Source: Candidatus Saccharibacteria bacterium UBA6824 (GTDB lineage Bacteria; Patescibacteriota; Saccharimonadia; Saccharimonadales; UBA10212). Taken from it: a DNA stretch of 64,000 nucleotides. This document shows, piece after piece, positions 26,498 to 36,213 of this stretch (position 1 is its first letter; each line of letters starts with the position of its first letter). Location of the stretch: assembly GCA_002452155.1 (NCBI GenBank), contig DKEK01000006.1, forward strand, positions 22,532 through 86,531. Reading direction: 5' to 3'. Below the pieces are notes generated by a model, which was not told the origin of the DNA, searched no databases, and saw only the letters and a list, made by a program, of their open reading frames with translations. Position numbers and translations under genes: made by a program.

Positions 26498-27718
26498 TTA
26501 CTGGTTTGGTGCTGCTTCTAAAGTCGCATGGATGGTCATTGTTTTGCCGTCGCGTAGAATTGTCAAATTCACAGCCTGCCCTACTTTGAACTGGCTCAAG
26601 GCGCTGGTGAGGCTGGTTTTATCATTAACGGCGGTGTTATTAACCTTGGTAATAATGTCTTTTTCATGTAGGCCGGCTTTTTGGGCCGGGCTGCCGGGCA
26701 CAATTGACGAGCCATCAGTTGACGGCACAATGTAGGCGCCGCGGTTGACGCTCAAATTATTCTGCTGGGCAATGTCATCGGTTAGCGAAACGTAGCGGAC
26801 GCCTAAATAGGGCTGTTTGAGCTGGCCGGTAGACAGGACTGAGCTTATAAGGCCTTTGAGGTCGTTTATGGGGATAGCAAAGCCGATATTATTGGCGCCG
26901 CCGGCTACGGCTGTGTTGATGCCGATAACCTCTCCGTTGATATTAACCAGCGGGCCACCGGAGTTACCGGGGTTAATAGCGGCGTCGGTTTGGAATAGAT
27001 CGGTCAGATTTTCAATGGCGGCGCCGGTTTGGTCGCCGGCCTGCACATCCCGGCCGTGACCGGAAATAATACCGGCCGTGACCGTATTTTGGAACTGGCC
27101 AAGGGCATTGCCGATAGCCACTACCCGGTCGCCGATTTGCATTTTAGACGAGTCACCAAGCGTTATGGGCGTTAGTTTTTTACCCTTTAGATCTGTAATT
27201 TTAAGAAAGGCGACGTCTAGTGAATTGCCGCCACTAGTGCGGCCGATAACCTGGACGTCCGTGTACTTGGTGCCGTCGGCCAGCGTCACGCTGACACTGC
27301 TGATGCCGGCTGGTACTACGTGGCGGTTAGTGGCGATGATGCCTTGGTCGCTAATTATGAAGCCGGTACCGGCACCCAATTGCTGCTGCGAATACTGGGT
27401 GCCAAAAAAATCTTGGGCGGTAGTTTGAGTTTGGACATTAACGGAAACGACGCTTTGGCCGGCAGTTTTGGCAATTTGGGCGATCAGCTGGCCCTCGCTG
27501 GAAACATATTGCTGTTTTTGGGCAGTGGTAGTTTTGCCCAGACTGCCATGGTTATTGACCTGCGCACCCAGCAAGCCGCCGCCAAAACCGACCAAGCCGC
27601 ACAAAACGACCAGCAGCAGATTTTTTGGCCGGCTGGCCGGCCGCCAGGCCGGCATTTGGGGCAAGTTTGGTCTGTTGAGCTTTCTTATCGCCATCTTATC
27701 TCTCCTTTTTACAGTCAT
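26498..27718 (-). CDS. htrA: HtrA/DegP family serine protease with PDZ domain
   Basis: 406 aa with an N-terminal TM anchor, a trypsin-like core (TNRHV, GNSGGPL) and a C-terminal PDZ domain. Confidence 0.9.
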   Translation of the reverse strand: MTVKRRDKMAIRKLNRPNLPQMPAWRPASRPKNLLLVVLCGLVGFGGGLLGAQVNNHGSLGKTTTAQKQQYVSSEGQLIAQIAKTAGQSVVSVNVQTQTTAQDFFGTQYSQQQLGAGTGFIISDQGIIATNRHVVPAGISSVSVTLADGTKYTDVQVIGRTSGGNSLDVAFLKITDLKGKKLTPITLGDSSKMQIGDRVVAIGNALGQFQNTVTAGIISGHGRDVQAGDQTGAAIENLTDLFQTDAAINPGNSGGPLVNINGEVIGINTAVAGGANNIGFAIPINDLKGLISSVLSTGQLKQPYLGVRYVSLTDDIAQQNNLSVNRGAYIVPSTDGSSIVPGSPAQKAGLHEKDIITKVNNTAVNDKTSLTSALSQFKVGQAVNLTILRDGKTMTIHATLEAAPNQ

Positions 27719-27738
27719 AAGCTTAGAGGAAGCTTAAC

Positions 27739-28503
27739 CTAAACCGTAGAGCCGGTCCAATCCGATAAAATAAGTACAATCAGCAAAATCGCCGACATGA
27801 TTCCCAGCATCTGGCGCTGGAGTGCCGGTGTTAAACGCTCGGTAGCGTCCAAATAATAAAGCCCGGCCAAACAGTAGCCAATGGTCGTTAAAAGAACAAT
27901 TATTTGGGCAATGGTACCGTAAAACAGCAACCAATGCCCCAATATAAAGGCCAGCGAGGCGCTAAAAAAGGCCCAGACGTGCGCCAGCAACGCCGTATGG
28001 GGCTCTTCAAAACTGGTCAAGAAGTGCCGGGCCGCCAGGTATGTAACCACCCAGGTGCCGGCCACTAGTACCGGCAAGCTGGCATCGCCAAACTTGAGAT
28101 ATAAGACTGCCAGACCTAGCAGTTGGCCAATCATTGACTGGGCCGAGACGCTGAGCACGTCGCTGCGCGGTTTGAGCCAAATTAGCCAACCCATATAAAG
28201 CACCATCCAAAACAGCTGCCACCAGGTAACGGAAGTGTTGCTCATAAACAACACCAAAGATACGCCGACTATAATATCCACGCCGTTGGCAGTGGTATTG
28301 GCCAGCCAGTAACGCGGCCGGACGGCTACAATCCGCCATTTACTGATAAGTATCAGCAAGATGGCAATCGCCACAAAATTGATCCGTACCAATATGTAGG
28401 CCAAGATAGGCAAAAGCGCCAGCAGAGCCACGTGCACAAGGTGGGAGAAGCCCTTGGCCGGCTTGATTTTACCTCGTAGTACCATTAACATCTTTGCCTG
28501 CAA
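27739..28503 (-). CDS. polytopic integral membrane protein, unknown function
   Basis: 254 aa with about 8 hydrophobic segments. Overlaps the 3' end of the LCP gene by 35 nt. Confidence 0.6.
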   Translation of the reverse strand: MQAKMLMVLRGKIKPAKGFSHLVHVALLALLPILAYILVRINFVAIAILLILISKWRIVAVRPRYWLANTTANGVDIIVGVSLVLFMSNTSVTWWQLFWMVLYMGWLIWLKPRSDVLSVSAQSMIGQLLGLAVLYLKFGDASLPVLVAGTWVVTYLAARHFLTSFEEPHTALLAHVWAFFSASLAFILGHWLLFYGTIAQIIVLLTTIGYCLAGLYYLDATERLTPALQRQMLGIMSAILLIVLILSDWTGSTV

Positions 28504-30142
28504 TTATAACAAACTTGGTGCCACTTGGGGGTGTTACGCCAAGGCCGGCCGGTAAGCTGTTTTGGGCCGTTACGCCTAGACGCTGTTCCAGATAGTGGCG
28601 GGTGTATTTGGCGGCGCCTCCGCTTAAGTCAACCAGCGTCGACTTAGCCGGGTCGGTGGCTTTTGGCAGGCTATCGACAGTGGTGACATTATAACCATAC
28701 GATTTTAGCAAAGTGGACTCTTTAGTGGCCAGGCCGGCCACGGAGGTGGCGTTATAAATCGCAACCGAGGCGTTTTCTTTGGCCAAAAAGCTATCCCGCA
28801 AAGCGTTTCGGACGTAGTTTTGGATATCACCATAAGCGCTCAGTCCGGCTTTGGGTTGTACTATTGATATGCCGCCCAGGTTACCGGTGGTAAGAAAGTC
28901 GTGCGGCGGGGTCACTAGATCGATAGAGACAATATTGCTGGCCGGAATTTTGCCCATAACCTGGTAAAGACGTGTGATATCATCGCGGGAAAAGTCTGTA
29001 TAAATGTTGCTGCCCAGGCCCGAAAGCAGGTTGGAAACTTTTACCGGATTACTGAAAGTACCGACGTTGAAGATTTTTTCTTTTAGAGCGGTTATCATCA
29101 GCCGCTGGCGTTCGGAGCGGTCGAAATCGCCGCGTGGACTGGTATAACGCGACCGGGCGTACAAAAGCGCCCTGGTGCCGTCAAAATGCTGCTGGCCAGC
29201 CAGCACATTTAAGCTATAGTTGCGATGCATGCCTTCATCCCAAAGGAAATCTTTAACACTTAACTCTTTGGGGACATTGACATCTATACCACCGACAGCG
29301 TCAACCGTTTGTCTAAAAGCCGCAAAATCGACCACCGCGTGGTAATGAATAGGGATGCCTAAGAGGGGTTCTAGGGTCTTATCGACCCAATCCACGCCAT
29401 CGGCGCTCTTTGTAGCCGAGTCTTTTGATTTACTATTGAGTTTTCCGTAGTAGTAAGCTTCGTTTATCTTGCGCGAGCCGTCGGCCGGAATCTTGACCCA
29501 TAAATCCCGCGGGATGCTTAAAAGGGCGACCTTATTATTAACCGGGTCAATACTGGCTATCATAATCGTGTCAGTTAAATCCGGGCCGTCCTGATGCTCC
29601 GGGCCGCCATTGCCCAAAAGCAATATGTTAATTCGGCCATCTCCTTCACCGCGCAGCTTGCTTATATCAATATTGGAGGCCAGCGCCGGCGCGCCACCGC
29701 CGCCCCTAAATAAATGGCGTTGGGTGATATAAAATTTTAGGCCCATAAAAAGGCCGCCGGCGATAATGAGCGCCAAGAGTGTTAGCGCGCTGCGTTTAAG
29801 GCCCCAGTTAGACAGCCAGCCGAAAGGCCAGCGTTTTTTAGCCTTTGAAACCGGAAGATCATCTAAAATAATTGGTTCATCGAGCAGCAGATCGGCTTCG
29901 GCACCGGTGACCGCCAGGCCTAGAGCGCCGGAGCCGGAACGCATTGCGTGAAAGCCTTCAGCCCGCCGCAAGTTACTACCCAGCGAATTAGCCGGCTGAG
30001 CCCGGTTAGCATGAAACGGGGTGGCCGAGGGCGCACCTAGTCTACCGTCAGGCAGTCCCAGCCGGCGGCCATCGCCGATAATTCCATCTATGGAGCGTCC
30101 GCGCCCCGCGGACGTCTGATTTTTTTTATTACCATGCATCAC
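28469..30142 (-). CDS. LytR-CpsA-Psr (LCP) family cell-envelope phosphotransferase
   Basis: 557 aa with an N-terminal anchor and the LCP core (ILLLGNGG...DTIMIASIDP...LLSIPRDLWV). Confidence 0.88.
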   Translation of the reverse strand: MMHGNKKNQTSAGRGRSIDGIIGDGRRLGLPDGRLGAPSATPFHANRAQPANSLGSNLRRAEGFHAMRSGSGALGLAVTGAEADLLLDEPIILDDLPVSKAKKRWPFGWLSNWGLKRSALTLLALIIAGGLFMGLKFYITQRHLFRGGGGAPALASNIDISKLRGEGDGRINILLLGNGGPEHQDGPDLTDTIMIASIDPVNNKVALLSIPRDLWVKIPADGSRKINEAYYYGKLNSKSKDSATKSADGVDWVDKTLEPLLGIPIHYHAVVDFAAFRQTVDAVGGIDVNVPKELSVKDFLWDEGMHRNYSLNVLAGQQHFDGTRALLYARSRYTSPRGDFDRSERQRLMITALKEKIFNVGTFSNPVKVSNLLSGLGSNIYTDFSRDDITRLYQVMGKIPASNIVSIDLVTPPHDFLTTGNLGGISIVQPKAGLSAYGDIQNYVRNALRDSFLAKENASVAIYNATSVAGLATKESTLLKSYGYNVTTVDSLPKATDPAKSTLVDLSGGAAKYTRHYLEQRLGVTAQNSLPAGLGVTPPSGTKFVIIAGKDVNGTTR

Positions 30143-30217
30143 GTCCGCTCTAGTATAACATTTGGCGACGGCCGCTTAAGCTTAGTTAAGCGCATCGTTA
30201 GGTTATAATTAAGATTA

Positions 30218-30823
30218 ATGGAATCCCAAAATTTCTCGGGCCGCTTTAGGCGGACTTTAAATAATGAATGGCTATCGGCCGCATTGTTTATCGCCGGCGT
30301 GGCTTTAGTCTATTTTTTTATCCAGGGCTTTTTAATTCGTACCTACCTGGTGGAGGGCCAAAGCATGGAAACTACGCTGCAAAACGGCGACCGCTTGATT
30401 ATAGATAAAGTACCGCGGACGCTCGCCAGGCTAACCGGCCACGCATATATACCACACCGTGGCGATATTATCATTTTTAACCAGTCGGGCTTGGTGATTG
30501 GCTCCGGCGGCGAAAGACAGCTTATCAAAAGGGTTGTCGGCTTGCCCGGCGAACGGGTGGTAGTCAAAAATGGCAGCCTCATCATCTACAGCCAGGCCCA
30601 ACCGGGTGGTTATGAGCCCGATAAAACCGGTCTCTACCACATAGACGCTTTGTCTACAGCCGGCAATGTTGATGTTACCCTTGCGGCCGGCGAAATTTTT
30701 GTCTGCGGCGATAACCGGGCCAATTCCGAGGATTCGCGTTATTTTGGGCCGGTGAATGCCGACAAAGTTGTTGGCAAATTATCGCTACGCTTTCTGCCGC
30801 CTGGCAAAGCCCAGAAGTTTTAA
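30218..30823 (+). CDS. lepB: signal peptidase I
   Basis: 201 aa with a TM anchor, the catalytic Ser context GQSMETTL, and the KRVVGLPGE and GDNRANSEDSRYFG boxes. Confidence 0.9.
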   Translation: MESQNFSGRFRRTLNNEWLSAALFIAGVALVYFFIQGFLIRTYLVEGQSMETTLQNGDRLIIDKVPRTLARLTGHAYIPHRGDIIIFNQSGLVIGSGGERQLIKRVVGLPGERVVVKNGSLIIYSQAQPGGYEPDKTGLYHIDALSTAGNVDVTLAAGEIFVCGDNRANSEDSRYFGPVNADKVVGKLSLRFLPPGKAQKF

Positions 30824-30840
30824 ACCTGTGAACAAATATT

Positions 30841-31701
30841 TTATCCCAGGTCTTGGGCCAATTTTTCGAGGTCGGTTTCGTTTTTGAAATGAATAATTAA
30901 TTGGCCCCCCTTGGCCGTGTGTCTAACCTTCACCTCGCGGCCCAGTTTTTTAGCCAAATCCTTGGTCAGTCTTGTTTCACTAGCGGTTTTGCCCTTGGCT
31001 TGGTCCAGGCTGGCACCTCTTTTAGCAGCCACCACAAACTGTTCGGCTTGGCGGACAGTCCAGCCGCTGTTTAATATACAACTCAGAAGTTCGGCTTGTT
31101 TGTCGGGTTTACCTTTTAGGGCCAGCACGGCCCGGGCGTGCCCTTCGTTTATCTTGCCTTCTTGGAGGGCTAGCCTGGCGGCCTCCGGTAACTGTAGTAG
31201 GCGGCCCAAATTACTGAGCGTGGAGGGGGCTTTGCCGAGTTTTTCGGCGATGGCTTCAAGAGATAAACTGAATTGATGTTGTAATTTATACACTGCCATT
31301 GCCTGCTCAAGCGGAGATAGGTCTACCCGCTGAATATTCTCGATTATGGCTAGTTCTATCTGCTCTAGTTCCTCTAGTGAGCGAACAATAGCCGGCAGGT
31401 GCGTCAGCCCGGCTTCGTCGGCTGCCCGCCAGCGACGCTCCCCGGCGACTATTTGATAGCCTTTTCCGCCACTTCTGCGAACCACAATGATAGGCTGCAG
31501 CACCCCATGCTTTTTAATCGACGCGGCTAAACCCGATTGTTCGCTCTCATCGAACTGCCGTCGCGGCTGGCCGGCATTGGGGACCAGGTCGGTGATGAGT
31601 ATCTTTTGTATGCGGGCTGAGTCCTCGCCCAAAATTGAAGCGTCTAGATCGGTGGGGATTAAGGCCCCGAGGCCCTTGCCGAGACTGAGCTTTTTAGCCA
31701 T
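30841..31701 (-). CDS. parB: chromosome partitioning protein ParB
   Basis: 286 aa with the ParB box GERRWRA, an HTH region, and a position downstream of parA. Confidence 0.9.
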   Translation of the reverse strand: MAKKLSLGKGLGALIPTDLDASILGEDSARIQKILITDLVPNAGQPRRQFDESEQSGLAASIKKHGVLQPIIVVRRSGGKGYQIVAGERRWRAADEAGLTHLPAIVRSLEELEQIELAIIENIQRVDLSPLEQAMAVYKLQHQFSLSLEAIAEKLGKAPSTLSNLGRLLQLPEAARLALQEGKINEGHARAVLALKGKPDKQAELLSCILNSGWTVRQAEQFVVAAKRGASLDQAKGKTASETRLTKDLAKKLGREVKVRHTAKGGQLIIHFKNETDLEKLAQDLG

Positions 31702-32458
31702 CCAGTTTATTCTCCAGTTCCTGAGCTAAGGCTTTATAGGCCCGGGCGCCCTTACTCCACTTATCGTGCTCGTGGATCGATTTGCCAAAGCTGGGGGCTT
31801 CGGCCAGCCGGATGTTGCGCGGGATCATCGTACTAAAAAGTTTATCACCAAAATGGCGCTCTAGCTCGCTTTTAACCTGTTCGGAGAGCGATGTGCGGTT
31901 ATCGTAAAGGGTTATTACTACTCCCAGAAGGTTCAAGCTGGGGTTAAGGGCCTGGCGAACTTGGCTAATGGTGGAAAGGAGCTGGCTTAGGCCCTCCATG
32001 GCGTAATATTCGGCTTGGACCGGTACTAAAACATCGGTGGCGGCGCAGAGGGCATTGACGCTCAGAAGTCCGAGTGAAGGTGGGCAATCTATAAAGACGT
32101 AGTCGTACTCTAACAGCTCAAGATTTTTTTTGAGTTTCAGCTCCCGGCCTTGTTGGGCCACTAGCTCAACTTCGGCTCCGGCCAGACTCCCATTAGCCGG
32201 CAGCAAATAAAGATTTTTGATATTAGTCGCATGAATAGTCTTATCCAGCTGTGAGCGCGAAAACAGTACGTCGTACAATGTCGCGTCAAGCGAGTTCTTA
32301 TCAAAGCCGAGACCGCTAGTAGTATTGGCCTGGGGATCAGCGTCGCAAATCAAAACCGAACGGCCCTCACGGGCTAAATAAGCGGCCAGGTTGATGGCGG
32401 TGGTGGTTTTACCCACCCCGCCCTTTTGATTTAAGACCGCAATTATATGTTTAGGCAT
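31694..32458 (-). CDS. parA: chromosome partitioning ATPase ParA/Soj
   Basis: 254 aa with the deviant Walker A motif NQKGGVGKTT. Confidence 0.9.
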   Translation of the reverse strand: MPKHIIAVLNQKGGVGKTTTAINLAAYLAREGRSVLICDADPQANTTSGLGFDKNSLDATLYDVLFSRSQLDKTIHATNIKNLYLLPANGSLAGAEVELVAQQGRELKLKKNLELLEYDYVFIDCPPSLGLLSVNALCAATDVLVPVQAEYYAMEGLSQLLSTISQVRQALNPSLNLLGVVITLYDNRTSLSEQVKSELERHFGDKLFSTMIPRNIRLAEAPSFGKSIHEHDKWSKGARAYKALAQELENKLDG

Positions 32459-32525
32459 TTTGTTTTTATGTTCCCTCTACTGCCTATAAGGTTATCATGA
32501 CAGAGGCAGACTAGCGAAAAACTTT

Positions 32526-35500
32526 CTAGTACTTGATTATGTAGTTCAGTGTGAGGTAAGCCCCGCTGTCGAGTGGCGAGCCGGTTGGTCCGATGGTGAC
32601 ATTGCTGTGCGTACCGCTGCCGTCGTTTCTCGCCACGGCGTTGTTCCCATCGCCACAACAGTCCACCGTATCGAGAAGATGATGAGACTTTGGGGTGCGA
32701 TTTGCAAGTGTGGCCCCCTCATTATTAGCAAGAGCATTGACGTCGGTGTTGGAAGAGTTGAGTCCAACCGGCGCTCGACCCCGCAGGTCGGGGAGATTAA
32801 AGGTGGTAGAACCATCACCCACCCCGTAGGTCGTGCCGACGACAGCGAAGAGAGAGGCATAGGTTGTTCGCGAGACGGCCGAACCATCGGCAAGCAGGTA
32901 ACCCGTCGGGGCGCTCGACCCGGCAAAAGGCACAACTGTTCCGGCCGGATTAATCACGGCGCTGCCGCTGAGATCACTCCAGGTACCGCTGGCACAGCCA
33001 CGGAAGGTACCGGAATTGGAGTTATAGTAGATGGCACCGTCGATACAGGTAGGATCACCAGAGGTGTTTTTATTGCCCAGCACCAGCAAAACCGGCGTCG
33101 AGCCGGCAGCACCCAGCGTAATCTTGGAATTGGTGGTGTCGACGCTAAACAAGCTGGCAGTCGAGGTGTTCTGAATCTGGAAAACAGCAGTATTATCAGT
33201 ACCCGGTTTGACAATTACGCCGCCCGTAGCACCCGCCGGGCTAAGGTTAATGTTGCCGGTGCCGGACTGAAGAAGAAGTGAACTGGCAGCTACGGTGGAG
33301 CCAATGGTGATGACGTTTTTGCCAGTGGAAGTAGCTGTAGCACCGATGTTAATGGTGTTGGTGTTGCCTGAAGCGACATTGCCGTTACCAATGTTTATGG
33401 TTTCGCCGGCGGTGGATCGGCCAAAAATTAGGCTGCCAGTGTTAGCCGTAGAGCCCACTGTTACAGTATTGACGTTGGTAGTGCCAATGGAGATAGTGCC
33501 CGAGGTGCCAGCACTCAGGCCAATCGCACTAGCACCAGTACCACCTTGAATGGTCGTGGCCGAAGTGCCGAGTAAATTGCCGATAGTTACATTGGTAGTT
33601 GAGGAAGCAGTGGCGTTGTTGCCAACGTTGACGGTTTGGGCAACAGCTCCGGTAGTAGTTCCAATCTGTACTGTGCCAGCTATGCCGCCGTTGCCTAGCT
33701 CAACTGAGGCGCCGGAGGTATTGACCAGCAGATAGTTGTTGCCGGCCAAGTTTTGAATCCGAAAAGCAGTAGTGGAATCGGCCGCATTTTGGGCCAAAAA
33801 TGTGCCACTGAATTTGTTATTACCGGTGAAGGTCTGCGGGCCGGTGCCGTTTAGCAGAGCGACATTACCAGAGAGTCTAGCATCAGCTACCGTACCAGAG
33901 CTTATGTTCGAGCCGTTGAGACTGGTTAGCGAAGCACCAGAGCCGGAGAAAGTGCCGGCAATGGCCGTGCCGGAGATGTTGAGGTTGCCGGTTTGAGCAG
34001 AACCTGGGGTAGAACCTTGTAATTGAACATAGCCACTACCGCCAATTGATGGAGCATAGCCAGAACAGACAGAGCCAGTCGTACAAATGATGCCGGTTTC
34101 GGCCGGCAGGGTGAGACTGAAGGTGCCCGCCCCAGGATTGGCAGCTTGGAGGGAAATATTACCAGAACCACCGGAGTTATAGAGGGTTAAGTTACCGGTA
34201 AGGGTTGAGGCTTTACCTAAAACTACCCTGGAGCCAGAGGTGTCCACCAGCAGCAGTTCATTGCCGGCCAGGTTTTGAATCCTAAAGGCAGTGGTGGAGT
34301 CGGCCGCGTTTTGGGCCAAAAATGTGCCACTGAATTTGTTATTACCGGTAAAGGTTTGCGGGCCGGTGCCGTTTAGCAGAGCGACATTACCAGATAGACG
34401 GGCGTCAGCTACCGTACCAGAGCTTATGTTGGAGCCGTTGAGACTGGTTAAGTTAACTCCGGAAACAGCTGGCAATTGGGTCGAGCCATTTAACTGAACA
34501 AGTTGCGAGGCCCCGTTAAAGCTGTTGCCCTGCAGTGTGACATTAGAGCTCAGGCGAATATCAGCCACTGTCCCCGAGCTTAGGTTGGAACCGTTTAAAT
34601 TAGTTAGGCTGGCGCCGTTGCCAGAGAATGTACCAGCGATAATAGTGCCCGAAACATTGATATTGCCAGTTTCCTGAGTTCCCGGCGTGCTAGCTTGCAA
34701 GCTGACGCAGTTGCCGAAGGCACAGCTGCCGGTACCGGGTGGACCGGCTGGACCGGTTGGACCGGTGGCGCCATTAGTACCATTTGTGCCAGCGGTACCC
34801 GTGGCGCCGGCTGGACCGGTGGCACCAGGGACACCGGTGGCGCCGGTTGCACCCTGAAGACCTCCCGCGCCAGTGGGACCGCTGCCGGTACAGCCGGTGG
34901 CTGTACAGACCAATACTTTATTAATAGTAAGGCCGGAGTTATTGAGGGAGCTGGTACCGCCGGAGGCAGCCAGACTGCCGCTGGCGGTGAAGCCGCCACT
35001 CAGTTGTAATACACCAGTGGTTGGTTCTGCGACCAGTTGGCCGAGTGTCAGGTTTTTGCCCTTGGCCAGGACGGTGTCGAGGTTTAGGGTCAGCTGGCCG
35101 CCTTTGGTGCTCAGGAGGGCGGAGTCGCTGGCTTGGGAACTTAGGTCGGTGGCCGGCGGTTTATTTTGGCGTAGCAGGCCGGAAAGGGCGAAGGCACCAG
35201 AGACTAAAGCTATGAGTGCCACAAAAGCCAGGCCTACAAAGATTGGCCGGTGGAAAAAAAGACCTGTTCGTCGGGGACCACTGCCCGAATCTTCGATGCC
35301 GCTGTTTACAGGGGCCGACGTAGCTTCCCCCAGCTCAGGAACGGCGGCTAGAGGCACCGAAGTTAATTGATTAATTAAGGAGGGGTGAAGCGGCGGTGTA
35401 CCTATAACCGTTGGCGGGCTAGCCGGCGGCTGCCAGGAGTTTTCCAGCTGCCGCCAGTCAGTGGGGCTGGGGTGGTTGTTGGCAAGGGGTGGTGCGGGAA

Positions 35501-35951
35501 ATGGCGTAGTCTCGAGTGATTTAATTTCTGAGGTTGTGGATGGCGCCCAAGACGGCGCTGCTGCCGGTTGAGCCGGGGGCGCCTCAGACAGAGGTTGGAC
35601 TGGAGATGACGGTGGTGCCTGAGGGGTGGTAAGGGTTGAGGGTGAGGTAATTGCTTGGGAGTTCTCAAAACCGGCCCACCCGGGTAAATCGTCTTCAGCC
35701 ACCCCAGTGCTACTATCGTAATTATCTATGGGCGCTTCCGCTATGGCCGGCGCCAAGGCCCGTAGGCCTAGTGAGCCTTTTAGCTCATCCTCTAATTGCG
35801 CTCCCAGCCGGGCCAGCTTATCGGGCGCAAGCTTGATCGCCTGGCTGGCTCTAAAGACGCGTTTTCGGCAACGCGCCGAACAGACCTTGGCATTGGGCCG
35901 GCCTTCAAACTGCTCATTGCAACCTGGACATAGCTTAGTTTTGGGAGCCAT
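32526..35951 (-). CDS. 1141-aa membrane-anchored fibre protein: N-terminal zinc ribbon, Pro-rich linker, TM helix, collagen-like Gly-X-Y tract, repeated fibre modules, phage tail-collar domain
   Basis: CPGC...CSARC near the N-terminus and the TM segment IFVGLAFVALIALVSGAFAL. GXY repeats are encoded at ~34731-34885. The tail-collar-type motif PFAGSSAPTGYLLADGS...TTFNLPDLRGRAPVG is encoded at 32763-32948. Confidence 0.85.
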   Translation of the reverse strand: MAPKTKLCPGCNEQFEGRPNAKVCSARCRKRVFRASQAIKLAPDKLARLGAQLEDELKGSLGLRALAPAIAEAPIDNYDSSTGVAEDDLPGWAGFENSQAITSPSTLTTPQAPPSSPVQPLSEAPPAQPAAAPSWAPSTTSEIKSLETTPFPAPPLANNHPSPTDWRQLENSWQPPASPPTVIGTPPLHPSLINQLTSVPLAAVPELGEATSAPVNSGIEDSGSGPRRTGLFFHRPIFVGLAFVALIALVSGAFALSGLLRQNKPPATDLSSQASDSALLSTKGGQLTLNLDTVLAKGKNLTLGQLVAEPTTGVLQLSGGFTASGSLAASGGTSSLNNSGLTINKVLVCTATGCTGSGPTGAGGLQGATGATGVPGATGPAGATGTAGTNGTNGATGPTGPAGPPGTGSCAFGNCVSLQASTPGTQETGNINVSGTIIAGTFSGNGASLTNLNGSNLSSGTVADIRLSSNVTLQGNSFNGASQLVQLNGSTQLPAVSGVNLTSLNGSNISSGTVADARLSGNVALLNGTGPQTFTGNNKFSGTFLAQNAADSTTAFRIQNLAGNELLLVDTSGSRVVLGKASTLTGNLTLYNSGGSGNISLQAANPGAGTFSLTLPAETGIICTTGSVCSGYAPSIGGSGYVQLQGSTPGSAQTGNLNISGTAIAGTFSGSGASLTSLNGSNISSGTVADARLSGNVALLNGTGPQTFTGNNKFSGTFLAQNAADSTTAFRIQNLAGNNYLLVNTSGASVELGNGGIAGTVQIGTTTGAVAQTVNVGNNATASSTTNVTIGNLLGTSATTIQGGTGASAIGLSAGTSGTISIGTTNVNTVTVGSTANTGSLIFGRSTAGETINIGNGNVASGNTNTINIGATATSTGKNVITIGSTVAASSLLLQSGTGNINLSPAGATGGVIVKPGTDNTAVFQIQNTSTASLFSVDTTNSKITLGAAGSTPVLLVLGNKNTSGDPTCIDGAIYYNSNSGTFRGCASGTWSDLSGSAVINPAGTVVPFAGSSAPTGYLLADGSAVSRTTYASLFAVVGTTYGVGDGSTTFNLPDLRGRAPVGLNSSNTDVNALANNEGATLANRTPKSHHLLDTVDCCGDGNNAVARNDGSGTHSNVTIGPTGSPLDSGAYLTLNYIIKY
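33741..33928 (-). repeat. internal repeat copy A of the fibre gene
   Basis: ~190 bp nearly identical to 34263-34450 (period 522 bp). Encodes ...NGSNISSGTVADARLSGNVALLNGTGPQTFTGNNKFSGTFLAQNAADSTTAFRIQNLAGN. Confidence 0.9.
34263..34450 (-). repeat. internal repeat copy B of the fibre gene
   Basis: See 33741-33928. Confidence 0.9.
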
Positions 35952-35980
35952 TTTTTTGTGTTTTTGCGGTTTTTCTTTTT

Positions 35981-36000
35981 TATATACGCGCGCGTATATA
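35981..36000. promoter_or_regulatory. perfect 20-bp alternating Py-Pu palindrome TATATACGCGCGCGTATATA in the fibre-gene promoter region
   Basis: Read directly. It lies 30-49 nt upstream of the ATG at 35951 and contains TATATA -10-like hexamers on both strands. Confidence 0.5.
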
Positions 36001-36020
36001 TGTGAACATCTTTAAGTATT

Positions 36021-36071
36021 AAGCATAAGCGTCCCGTTGTCAAGAGTTACGGAACGTTTTTGTCCCGCTTT
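36021..36071 (+). repeat. 51-bp direct repeat copy 1, containing a plus-strand terminator-like hairpin + T5
   Basis: Identical to 36214-36264 (period 193 bp). Hairpin CGTCCCGT/ACGGAACG at 36030-36056, followed by TTTTT. Confidence 0.85.
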
Positions 36072-36213
36072 GGCAGGCACCTTAGTTGGTTGGCTTGATT
36101 GCACCGGATCTGCGCCCTCATTTTGGGCCAGCTTAGCGGCTCCCTAGGGCCGCCCGCTTCCTTGCTCTTTGACAGACGGGTTTTCAAGTAACCTGTAGGG
36201 AATAAGACAGTAT

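Noticed and set aside
32607-33281. 224-aa plus-strand ORF and many other alternative-frame ORFs across 32526-35951
   Set aside because: These are shadow ORFs of the GC-rich fibre gene. The minus-strand frame carries the zinc ribbon, TM helix, GXY and tail-collar motifs.
36072-36213. SRP RNA, 6S RNA or tmRNA in the GC-rich spacer between the duplicated terminator modules
   Set aside because: There is a faint resemblance on the minus strand to the SRP helix-8 motif (…AGCAAGGAAGCGGGC…). I could not build the conserved symmetric loop and closing helices by eye, and I saw no tmRNA or RNase P signatures. It is left as a region for a covariance-model scan, not a call.
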